Of a DNA stretch of 64,000 nt, positions 1 to 15,410 are shown in pieces. The notes beneath the pieces are model-generated. The model was not told where the DNA came from and made no database searches. It saw only the letters and a program-made list of their open reading frames with translations. The first letter of the stretch is position 1. Each line of letters starts with the position of its first letter. The translations under genes and the position numbers were made by a program. Source of the DNA: the human T2T-CHM13v2.0 reference genome, Homo sapiens; the NCBI RefSeq assembly GCF_009914755.1, contig NC_060931.1; one strand, written 5' to 3'.

Positions 1-1179
1 AAAAAAAAAAAAATTTCTTCTCAGTCAACTAAATGACTTTTCTCCACTGTGCCTTGCCATTCTTGGTCCATTCATAAAAGGTCCTAAAATAATTTCTGGT
101 GGCCCAAAACTTCTTAAAAACAAGAACACCACAAATCTCATTTAAAAAAAATTTTTCTCATAAAATCCCTAAAAACTGTATTCCTAGCCCTGTAAATAAA
201 AACTGTATTTCTAGCCTTGTTCCTAAAGGGCTTTACCCAGAGGCCAATAATCCAGTTAAAAACTGGCAAGTAAAAAATCTTGTAACTACTAAATCTTTTT
301 TTTTTCTGTGTGGTTATACATGTGTTGTGTGTGTAATGTCTATTTAAAAAAGCTCTAATTAAAAATAAGTGCTTAAATCAATTTTTTTAAAATGAAGGCT
401 GTGGTACCTTTCAGTTTATGTAACTTTAATCTTTAAAAAATAAAATCAGCCTTAAAACTTATTAATAAAGTATAAATGTCTTCAAAATGTAAATAGGTAA
501 TCAAAATTATTCTGGCCAAATATTAAATTTGCTAAATGTTTTAAGGTTGTAAACTGCTCCTTTGGCCTTTAAAAACTGTTCTATTTGCCTGCTTCACAAT
601 GAGTAAGGCCAAAAAGCGTATATGCCCCTAACTATGCTAAAAAAAGTCAAAATTCATCTGCACCTAGAACATAACTAAAACAATTTACCAGGTTTTACAT
701 TCAAGTTAAAAATTGCTGAAAGTTATCATTATAACATATAATTAAAACTACTAAAAAAAATTTACATGCAAGGTATGCAAAAGCAGTAAAATGTGTTTTT
801 AGTAAAATCTTTTTTAAAAGTACGTTTTGCCTAAAAATAAAAAAAGTCTTAAAGCAAAAGCTTTAAGCAAATTGTAAAAAAAAAAGAATTGTAAAAATTA
901 ATCTTGCAAAAAAATTCTGTATGTAAACATATCAACTAAAATTCAAAAGGATATTATATAGTTTTTCAAATTAAGCATTAAAATACAAACACAAGGTTTT
1001 ATTAAAGCACTAATCAACTCTTAGCAAAATTTGTAAAGGGTTATAAAAGGTTTATAAAACTCTCACCTCATGGTCTAATTAGTTAAAATTGAAGAAAATT
1101 GTTTATAAGGTTTCATTAAAATTGGGGTTAACATTAACAGTATGCAAAAGTAAAATTTAGCTTTCTTTCTTTTAATTAA

Positions 1180-1475
<296 letters not shown>

Positions 1476-2049
1476 ATCAAAATTTTTATGTAATAATAAG
1501 AGCTAGTAAAAGGTTTTGCTTTTTCAAATTTTAAATCATCATTTTAGCAAAACAAATAACTTACGGTAATTTAAAATTTTATTTCAGAATATCAAGTGTT
1601 TTAAACCTCCAACATCTTCAACAAACTTCACAAGATCAAATTTCAGTTTCAAAGTTGTCTTTTCTAATGTCTAGCTCTTGAGTTCTGCAAGGGGCTCCTG
1701 GGGCATCCAAAACAGAGGTTAACAAAATTATTTAACAAGTTTAGGTATATAAAATTGCCAAATTAATATCTAATCTTCTTCAGGTTATATTTTAGTAAGT
1801 ATCATTAACATATGTTCCAAAACCATATAAAATATCTAAGATTCTAATGTCTAAATGTGCACCATCAATCACAATTAAGGTTATGTTATTATAAGCCACA
1901 AAAATAACCACATTTCTTTGTCAATTGTGCTAACTGTAACCACCCTAAACATTTTGTCATTTATAAACAATTGTTATTTTAATTTTCTTCAAAAAATGGT
2001 TTACAATTAGCTGTAAAACTTTAACAAATGTTCTCCAATGCAGGTTTCT

Positions 2050-2200
2050 CATAACAAAACAAAACTCATAAATAGCTCATAATAAAAAAATTCTATAATA
2101 ATAAAACTCATAATAAAAACTCATATTTATAAATGTCAATAAAATAAACTCACCACTCATTAATAAAACTCATAATAAAAACTTATAATATTTATAAATA
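2050..2200. repeat. Degenerate short tandem repeat (TAATAAAA(A)CTCA)n
   Basis: Several imperfect copies of taataaaactca. Confidence 0.6.
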
Positions 2201-2289
2201 TCAAGCAAAACAAAAGTTAACAAAATAAACTAAACTAATAAAAAACAAAAGCAATGTTTTTAACTTTTGCTTAAACCACTGCTAATCTT

Positions 2290-2617
<328 letters not shown>

Positions 2618-2982
2618 CTAATCTTTATTTTGCTTTTCAAAGTAAGTAAGAATTTCTTAAAACCTTTTAACAAGCAAGGTACACTCCTGTAAATAAAATT
2701 TAAAATGCATTTCTTTCTCTCAGCCTAGCTCCTCTAAAATCTAAAAACTAGTTAAATTATTCTTGACTTACAACAATATAGTTGTTTGCATCAGTGCAAC
2801 ACACACATACACACACACATAAATGTGCACCTCTTCCAAAAACCCTTAAACTAGCACCCCCCCCTAAAAAATCCTAGCTACTGTTCCCTACACAATGCCC
2901 CTTTCAAGCAAAAAGCAGTCCAAAAAAATCCAATGCCTAGTCTCTATAAAAATAGTTAGGGTTTCCACTCCTGAGTGGAGAC

Positions 2983-3827
2983 TGAAAGAAGTTTGCTTGC
3001 CTTAGGTAAATAGCAACAGAAAGGTCTCTGAAAAGTCCCCAGCCCATGAGTCATTGCCTCCACCCCATATAATGTAAAATGCAGCCTGGAAAAAAAAATT
3101 CAAGCTGCAGGCACCAATAAAAAAACAGGCACAAAGTATTGTGCCTAAAAACATGCCCACAACTGCACAAATAAAAAAACCCTCCAGCCTATTTACATAA
3201 AAACTTGCACAAACCTCTAGCTCACTCAAATAAAAAACAAGGCCTGGTATAAAATGCCTTTATCCTTTATATAATCAGAGGGCTCCACAAAAAGTTTCTT
3301 CTCCTTTTGTGGGCATAAACACAGTGGGCTCCAGTGGGCACTCACTTTATTTAAACTATACAGCGGCTCCTATAAATCATCATTTCAGACCCTAATTGGT
3401 CCCAGGCCAAGGTCCCAGGCCAAGCTTTCACTTCAGCTTCTAATAGGTCCTGGGCCAAGCTAAGCAGCATCTATATATCATCATTTCAGCTTCTAATTGG
3501 TCCTGGGCCAAGATCTCAGCCCAAGCTTTCTAATTAGTCCCAGGCCAAGCTAAGTCACAAGATCTCCAAAACAGCCCACAAACTAAGCACATTTCTTTTT
3601 ATTCCTAGTCCATAATAACCCTGAACCCCAGCCTCACAGGGGGAACTCCTACTCAGAAACCCCTCTCTGCTAGCAAAAAGCTTTCTTCTTTTGCTTATTA
3701 AACTTTCACTCCAACCTCACTTTTGTGTTCGTACTTTTTAATTTTCATAAAAATAAAACAAAAAACTCTAAGTGTTATCTCAAACAAAAGAAAACCTGTT
3801 AAATCTTGTTGCATTGCTAAAACTACA
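2983..3827 (+). mobile_element. ERV1 3' LTR (LTR25-like), hypermutated
   Basis: Starts TG (tgaaagaag) after the PPT and ends CA (aactaca). Repeated ctaattggtcc..ggccaag units at 3390-3550; ATTAAA at 3697-3702. Confidence 0.75.
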
Positions 3828-6800
3828 TAGAACTACTCTAGGAATATACCAGGAAAGGCAGGATAATTCACAGTCCCTTTAAAGGAAGCAAATAGCTCCT
3901 GTAGGACCTGGGAGACAGCCCAAATATTCTGAGTGCCCAAACTGTAAAAATGGAAAATGGGGCTTTATAAGCTCCCAAATTTATAAAACAATAACTATTA
4001 GACCTAAGAAATTAAATAGACAGAAACATAATAATAGTGGGGGACTTCAATACTCCACTGACAGTACTAGACAGGTCATCAAGATAGAAAGTCAATAAAG
4101 AAAAAACAGATTTAAACTACACCCTGGAACAAATGGGCTTAACAGCTGTTTACAGAACATTCTAGCCAAAAACCACAAACTATGCATTTTATTAATCAGG
4201 ACGTGAAACTTTCTCCAAGACAGAACATATGATAGGCCAAAAAACAAGTCTCAATAAATTTAAGAAAATTGAAATGATATCAAGTACTTTCTCTGACCAC
4301 AGTGGAATAAAATTGAAAGTTAACAACAAAAACCTTTAAAACCATTCAAATACATGGAAATTAAATAAACTGCTTCTGAATGATCATTGGGTCAGCAATA
4401 AAATCAAGACAAAAAATATTTAAAAATTTTAATGGAATGATATAGTGACAAAACCTATCAAAACCTCTGAGATACAGCAAAGGCCGTGCTAAGAGGAAAG
4501 TCCATAGCTTTAAATGTCTACATCAAAAAGTCTGAAAGAGCACAATATACTAAGGTCACACCTCAAGGAACTAGAGAAACAAGAACAAACCAAACCCAAA
4601 CCCAGCAGAAGAAAGGAAACAACCAAGCTCAGTGCAGAACTAAATAAGATTAAAAAGAAAAAAAGACAAATGAAACATAAACCTGGTTTTTTAAAGGATA
4701 AATAACATTGATGGACCATTAGCAAGATTAAGAAAAAAAGAGAGAATATTCAATTAAGCTTAATTAGAAACAAAACAGGAAATATTACAACTGACATCAC
4801 AGAAATACAAAAGATCATTCAAGGCTACTATGAACACCTTTACACACATAAACACAAAAATCTAGAGGAGATAAATTAATTCCTGCAAATGTACAACCCT
4901 CCTAGCTTAAATCGGGAAAAATCAGAAACCCTGAACAGACCAATAACAAGCAGTGAGATTAAAATCGTAATTTAAAAAATTAACAACAAAAGAAGTCCGA
5001 GACCAGACAGACTCACAGCAGAATTCTACCCAACATTAAAAGGAAAATTGGTACCAATCCTATTGACACTATTCCACACGACACGGTAAGAGGGAACCTC
5101 CATAATTCATTGTATGAAGCCAGCATCACCCTAATACCAAAACCAGAAAAGGACATAGCCAAAAAAGAAGACTACAGACTGACCTAATGAACACAGAGGC
5201 TAAAATCCTTTAAAAAAAAAAATCTAACTGAATCCAACAACATATCAAAAAGGTAATCCACTATGATCAAGTGGGTTTTGTATCAGGGATGCAGGGATGA
5301 TTTAACATATACAAGTCAATAAATGTGATACACCAATAAACAGAATTATGAACAATGATCATCTCAATAAACACAGAAAAAGCATTTGACACAATCTGGC
5401 ATTCCTTTATAATTAAAACCCTCAGCAAAATCTGCATACAAAGGACATATCTCAATGTAATAAAAGCCATCTATGTCAAACACACAGCCTACATAACACT
5501 GAACAGGGTAAAGTTGAAAGCATTCTCTCTGAAAACAGGAACAACACCAGGATGTGTACTTTCACCATTTTTATTTAACATAGCACTGAAGTCCTAGCCA
5601 GAGCACTCAAATAGGAGAAAGAAATAAAGGGCATCCAAAGAGGAATTTAAGCTGTCACTATTTGTTGATGATATGATTGTATACCTAAAGAACCATAAAG
5701 ACTCCTCCAAAAATCTCCCAGAACTGACAAGTGAATTCAGCAAAATTTCTAGATACAAAATTTATGTACACAAATCAGTCACTCTGCTATACACCAACAG
5801 TGACTGGGTTGAGAATTAAATCAAGAATGCAACTTTTTTTTACAATAGCTGGAAAAAAAATACTTAAAAATATACCTAAACAATGACATGAAAGACCTCT
5901 ACAAGGAAAACCACAAAACACTGCTAAAAGAAATCACGGACGACACAAACGAATGGAAACACATCCCATACTCATGGATTGGTAGAATCACTATTGTGAA
6001 AATGACTACATTGCCAAAAGCAATCTAGAAATTCAATGTAGCTCCCATCAAAATAGCAACATCATTCTTCACAGAATGAGAAAAGACAATCCTAAAGTTT
6101 ACATAACTTTATACTATAAAGCCATAGTCACAAAAACAGCATGGTACTGATATAAAAATAGGCATATAGACCAATGGAACAGAATAGAGAACCCAGAAAT
6201 AAAACCAAATACTTACAGCCAACAGATTTTTGACAAAGCAAACAAAAACATAAAGTGGGGAAAGGAAACCCTATTGAACAAATAATGGAGGGATGTTTAG
6301 CAAGCCACATGTAGAAGAATAAAACTGGAAACTCATCTCACAACTTATACAAAAATAAACTCAAGATAGACATAAGACATAAATCTAAGACCTAAAACAG
6401 TAAAAATTCTAGAAGATAACATTGGAAAAACGTTTCTAGACATTTGCTTAGGCAAAGACTTCATGAATAAGAACCCAAAAGTAAATGCAACGAAAACAAA
6501 TATAAACAGATGGGGCTTAATTAAACTACAAAGCTTCTGCAGAGCAAAAATAATCAGCAGAGTTAACAGACAACCCACAGAGTGAGATAAAATATTCACA
6601 ATCTATACATCTGTCAAAGGACTAAGATCCAGAATCTACAAAAAACTCATATAAACCAGCAAGAAATAAAAACAATCTCATTTAAAAGTAGGCTAAGGAT
6701 ATGAATAGACAATTCTCAAAAGAAGATATACGAATGGCCAAGAAACATATGGAAACTTGCTCAATATCTCTAATTATCAGAGTAATGCAAATGAAAATCA

Positions 6801-7065
6801 CAATATGATACCACCTCACTCCTGCAAGAATGGCCATAATTAAAAAATAAAAAAATATAGTGTTGGTGGGGATGTGGTGCAAAGGGAACAATTTTACACT
6901 TCTGGTGTGAATGTAAATTAGCACCATTATGAAAAATAGTGTGGAGATTTTTTTAAAGAACTAAAAGTTGATCTATCATTTGATCTAGCAATCCCACTAC
7001 TGCGTATCTATCCAGAGGAAAAAAAGGCATTATATGAAAAAAGATACTTGCACACACGTTTATAG
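3828..7065 (+). mobile_element. L1PB-type LINE-1, internally deleted (5'UTR stub joined to ORF2), defective
   Basis: 3828-3960 matches the 5'UTR of the L1 at 15390-15520. ORF2 fragments include [12 protein letters not shown] and a decayed FADDM (tttgttgatgatatg, about 5661). Many stops and frameshifts. Confidence 0.9.
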
Positions 7066-7194
7066 TCTATGTGCCTATTTGTATACCAGCACCATGCTGT
7101 TTCGATGACTAAAGCTTTATAGTATAGTTTAAAGTCAGGTAATGTGATGCCTCCAGATTTGTTCTTTTCTCTTACTCTTGCTTTTGCTATGTGG
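7065..7194 (-). mobile_element. Inverted L1 ORF2 fragment
   Basis: Reverse complement matches L1 ORF2 (compare 21215-21340 and 6110-6172). Confidence 0.85.
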
Positions 7195-7399
7195 AATCTA
7201 AAAGAAAATTTTATTATTTTTGATCACATCAGTTAATCTGGAGGACAGCATATTAGTTGAAATAAGCCAGGCACAGAAAGATTAACATCTCATGACCAAA
7301 TAACATATTGTTACTCTCTTTCACCTCCCTCCTTGAGTAAAGTGAAAAAGGTTAAAGTTAATGGCATAATAACGCTTCATTGAATGCACAATAGTCTTA

Positions 7400-8679
7400 A
7401 CATGTTAAAGAAATGTTTAATTATAAAATTAAGCTTATACATAATCTAAAAATTTTCAAATGTACTGCATTTATAGCATAAAAGTACAATTAGTAAAATG
7501 ATTCACTAGTAATTTAATTACATTTAATTTAAAGTAAAATTAAAAATGCTTTTCTCTATGATGCAGAATATTACTCCAAACACCTACCTCATGCATCACT
7601 CAATATGAAAAGTAAACTAACAGGGCCTCTCCACTTAGATTTTCATCATAAACCTTACATTTTAATGCCCATACTCTTCCACAGAAAAAACCATAAATAA
7701 TGCCCATCTAATAAAAAAGAATCTCTCCTATATCTGACACAGCAACAATTTATCACATGCTTTCACATGTGAATACAATAGGAATGAAATAAAGTAATTT
7801 GAGAGTTGAATTTCATCATTATTTACTTTTCAAATAAGCCATAATTTTTTCAAGAAAAAAAGTATACTTTCAATGTAATTATAACTCTCCAAAGAATCTT
7901 CTACTCCTTTTAAAGTTATTTACAAATAATCTAACAACTTATAGATTTTTTTATACTCAACACTCTGTTTTAGTGTAATGTCTAAAGTGTCAGTGCCTTA
8001 GTTATTTCTACTGTAAATTATTTAATATTTACATAGACTCAATTTTGGATTAAATATTTTTCATACTTACTGCATCTGCAAAAACACATTTCAATATAAA
8101 TTCATGTTTTCTACGCCGTAGTTTTTGAAAAAAAATGTTTTTCCAAATTCATTACATTTGCAGGATTTTTCTCCAATATAAATTCCCTGATGTTGAACAA
8201 AGTTTGAGCAACTGCTTCAGTGTTTTTCTCTAGTACAAAATGCGTACAATAAGATTTGTAATACAAGTAAAGGTACTACAACCCTCCTATGCTCCTTATA
8301 TTTGTTATGTTTGTCTTCAAAATAAACATGCTTCTTCACTTTAAAGTGTTATGTTTTCTGAAATTTCTTTTGACAGTAATTGCATTTATAATGCTTTTAA
8401 TAAGTATAAACTCTGGTGTTGAGTAAGATGTGAAAAGATATCAATGACTTTTTCACATTCTTTATACTTGTACAATCTTTCTCAAGTAAAAATGCTTTCC
8501 TGTGCAATAAGATGTGAGTATTGGTTAAGTTTTGTCACATTCTTTACACTTATAAAGTTTTCTCCAATATAAATTATCTTACCTACAAGCAAGTGTAACA
8601 ATCATTGGAAGGCTTTGTCAAATTCTTCACATTTTTAGGGTTTCTCAACAGGATGGTGTCTTTTATGTTTAGAAAAGTT
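7400..8679 (-). other. ZNF680: ZNF680 3'UTR containing degenerate (fossil) zinc-finger units
   Basis: After the TAA the frame reads NFSKHKRHHPVEKP*KCEEFDKAFQ*; further KCKECDK, KECEK..SHLTQHQ and HQGIYIGEKSCKCNEFGK remnants to about 8140. Candidate ATTAAA at 7416-7421; true 3' end uncertain. Confidence 0.7.
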
Positions 8680-10134
<1,455 letters not shown>

Positions 10135-11150
10135 CTAAAAAATCCTAAAAGTTAAAAAAAAAAAAAGTTATGTACAAATGAAGAAGCTCAACAAATTAGG
10201 ATACACACAATGATATTTATAACAAACACATATATAAACACAATTTCAAAAGTCACAGACAAGAAGAGAATCTTGTGAGTTGCAGTATAAAAATGATATG
10301 TCATTTACAAGCATAGTCTTTTTAAATAACCAGTGAATTTGTCAAGAAAATTTTGCAGGCAAGAAAAGAAGTGTGTGATATAGTCAAAGTCATGAAAAAA
10401 ATAGATATCAAATGAGAATAATACCATCAGCAAATCTGTCCTACAAAATGGAAAAGAAAAAGAAAAAACTTCCAAAATAACCAAATTCTGAAAAAGTATA
10501 TTGGCACTGCAAATTCCCTACATATAAAAGATGCTGAAAGCAGTTTCTTCCACTGAAAATAACATGACAGAAAACAACACATTATTATATAAAAATACAT
10601 AACTTTATGAAAAAGATATGCACATACAAATAGAATTCCTTAACATTATTATAATGGTGCACAAAATGTTAATTATTCTCTAAAATTTGAAAGATAAAGT
10701 CATAGAAAGTATTATAAATGTATATTAATATACAACATAAAAAGAAATAATTAGCAACATTAATAACAAAGTTCAGGGCAGATGTAATGAAATAGAACTT
10801 TTATATGCAAGGGAAGTTAATTTTTCTACCAGATTATAATGTATATTGTATCCTTTAGAGGTTTTATGTAATCCCCAAGGTACCACAAAGAAAGTATTTT
10901 GTATATCTGTATAGATATACAAAAGAAAATAGGAAGGAAGTGAAAGCATTTCAATACAAAAATCAACAAGACACCAAGGATGACAGAGAGAAAATCAGAG
11001 ACAAAAAAGAATCAAATAAAACAATAAAATAACATTCTTTCTCTTTCAGAAAATTATCCAAATATATACATATGTAAAATATATATGTAAAATTAACTTT
11101 CCAATCAAGAGATATACTTTCATTAAAGGGATTTATTAAAAGAATTTTAA

Positions 11151-11496
<346 letters not shown>

Positions 11497-11635
11497 CTAA
11501 TGATAAACAGACTGAAAGTAGCAAGACAAAAGTACACATTTCATGTAAATATTAATCAAATGAGAGAAGAGGTCAAAATATTACACAAAATACATCTTAA
11601 GTCAAAAACTGTCATATTTTATGAAATATACTTGA

Positions 11636-11967
<332 letters not shown>

Positions 11968-13914
11968 TAATAGATTCATTTACTGGGAACCAATGACAAA
12001 TTTGTATATAGCAGTGTGTGTATCTCACATTAAGTTTCCAAATATATAAAGCAAATACAGTCAGAATGAAAGAAACACATACAGAGCAATATAACTATAG
12101 TAGAATATTTTAATGCTTCACTTTCTGTAATAAAGATTTTAAAAAGACAAAATATTGGTAAAGAAACCGGACTTGAAGGGAGTATAAAACAATTATTAAT
12201 AACAGAGGCATAAAGAACACTCAACAACATAATGATAAACAGCCTTCTCAATACCTCATACGAAATTCTCCTTGATAGAAAACCTGGTAAACCAAAAAAG
12301 AAGTCTTAACAAATTATTTAAAACTAAATTTTTATGGATTACTTTCTATGACCAAAATGAAATGAGTATAGAACAGTAAGAAGAAAAAACTGAAAAATTC
12401 ACAAATACATAGAAATTAAAACAATACACTCTTGAGCATGCTTGTTGAAATGTTAAAATAATTAATCTTGTGAAGATGTCCATCCTGCTCAATGTAATTT
12501 ACAGATTTAATGCAATGTTGTTCAAATTTCTCATGCATTTTTGAAGAAATAGAAACAGCAACCCCCAAAGTATATAAAGTCTTAAGAGATAATAAAGTAC
12601 CCAAAAATCTGCAATAAAATAAACAATTCTGAAGGCATTACAGTTTCTGATTTTGAAACACATTACAGAGCTACAGAATTGTAACAATTTGGTATGAGTA
12701 CAAAGGTAAAAACGTACACTAGTAGAACAGAATGCGGCACATATATAAACTTACACATATATGATCATATAGGTCATTTGCATACCTGTAATTATTGCAG
12801 CATTGTTACTGAAAGCCAATAGGTAAAAGCAGTGCAAATTTGTCACCAAATTACTCAGTAGATATAATCTAAAATACAAAATACTTAAATATCACCCAGT
12901 ATTTAAAAAGCAGAAAATATTCTAACAACTATAAAGCTTGATGATATTGTGCAAAATAAAATGAGCCAGTCACAAAAAGACAGAGATTGTATGAGATATA
13001 TGAAGCAGTTACACTCTTAGAGAAAACAGAGTGGTGTTTGAAAAGTGCCAGGAAATGGGTAAAATTCATAGTTTTTTCATGGGTATTGATATTTAGCTTT
13101 GCAAGATAAAAACATTTTAGGAATATGTTGCATAACAATGTCAATATAATAGGACTAAAATAAACATTTAAAAATATTCTATTGTAAATGTTATGTGTTT
13201 TTGACAAGTAAAAATAGACATACCTAAAAGAGATTATGATCGTTTGTAAATTATCTTTAAATAGAAAAGTTTTTCTCCCACACAAAAATAATATAGATCC
13301 ATGAATAAATAGATGTTGAAATTAGGAGAATTTCTATGACTTCTCACCTAGTCAAGATTAAATAACCATTTGCAACAAACCTATACCAGAAATATACAAG
13401 TCATAAAAAGAACAGGGAAAATATTTATACAGGTAAACACAGAGATCGTTATATTGGTAGTAGACATATGGCTGATTCATATTTGACTTTGTTCCACACT
13501 GTCTTAAATTTTACAGAGTTAAATACTGGCATACTCAATTATAATATAAACTAAAAAACCAAAACAATTAACTCATGTGAGGTGGCATATCCTAAAATAT
13601 ATAAAACAAAAATATAAAATTCCAAAAGAAAATTAAAACATGAAATGTAAAACTTATTGGACACCATCAAGTACATCAATATATTCATTAAAAAACTCTT
13701 AGAAGAAGAATGTAGGGAAAAAGTAATGTAGAGGTTACTTGTAGATGAAAAAGGCTAAGAACTTCCCAAATTTTGATGCAGTAATAAAATTCCTAACCAA
13801 GAATACTTGATTCAAGATTAGTGTACTTTAAAAACAGATAAAAATAAAGACTTTTCAAAATAAAAGGTGACAGTGTTATGATTCATTATGACTAGCACAG
13901 TTCTACATGAAGGG

Positions 13915-14033
13915 CTACATAGTAGCCTGGCAAAGTGGATTATTTCTGTAATCCCACATCTTTAGGCAGGCCAAGGCAGTAAGATAACTTGAGACCAGGA
14001 GTTCAAGATCAGCCTGAGCAACACAGTAAGACT
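13915..14033 (-). CDS. ZNF680: Candidate alternative terminal exon of ZNF680 (FLAM-derived), giving a 123-aa KRAB-only isoform
   Basis: Acceptor ttctgtttgtttatatgcAG at 14035-14034. In phase with exon 3 it reads ESYCVAQADLELLVSSYLTALACLKMWDYRNNPLCQATM*; 253+119 = 372 nt. Confidence 0.6.
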
Positions 14034-14045
14034 CTGCATATAAAC
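13925..14045 (+). mobile_element. FLAM/old Alu monomer
   Basis: Diverged left-arm monomer (tgtaatccca..ggagttcaagatcagcctg). Confidence 0.8.
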
Positions 14046-14471
14046 AAACAGAAATGCTAAAATGAGTCCATTATTTAAAAAAAAAAAATGATGCTGGACA
14101 GCATCATAAAACTATATATAAATATAAAGCTATTAAATGTAAATATACACACACACATACAATTCTTTACTCTCATAATGATGGAGCATAAAACCTTTAA
14201 AGTTATTCTATATGAGAAACTAAAAATAAATCTGCATAAATCTGTCGATACCCAATAAAAAATAATAGTTTTTAACATCAACAAAAAACTGGAAAACATA
14301 TTAGTTTTTGCATTAAATTGAAGTTGTTATGAAATTAAAATATATTGTTTTAACTTTAAGATGTTTTACGTAATCTCCACTTTTCAAGATAATTACATTG
14401 TATTTCCAGAAAGTATGTGAAACAAATTTTAAAATAATCAAAGTATGTCACAACAAACTTAACCAAAAATT

Positions 14472-14790
<319 letters not shown>

Positions 14791-14930
14791 GCACTAAAAT
14801 GAACAATGAAAAAGAAAACATATCTACAAGAAACACATAAAACAATAACAATAAACTGATAATAGTAACTTTATTTCTTTAAGCAATCATTTTAAAAATA
14901 CATTAATTAAACTAATTAATAAAAAAAGGT

Positions 14931-15410
<480 letters not shown>

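Noticed and set aside
3380-3560. Repeated ggtcc..ggccaag units as a CRISPR-like array
   Set aside because: Internal LTR U3 repeats; irregular spacing and no unique spacers.
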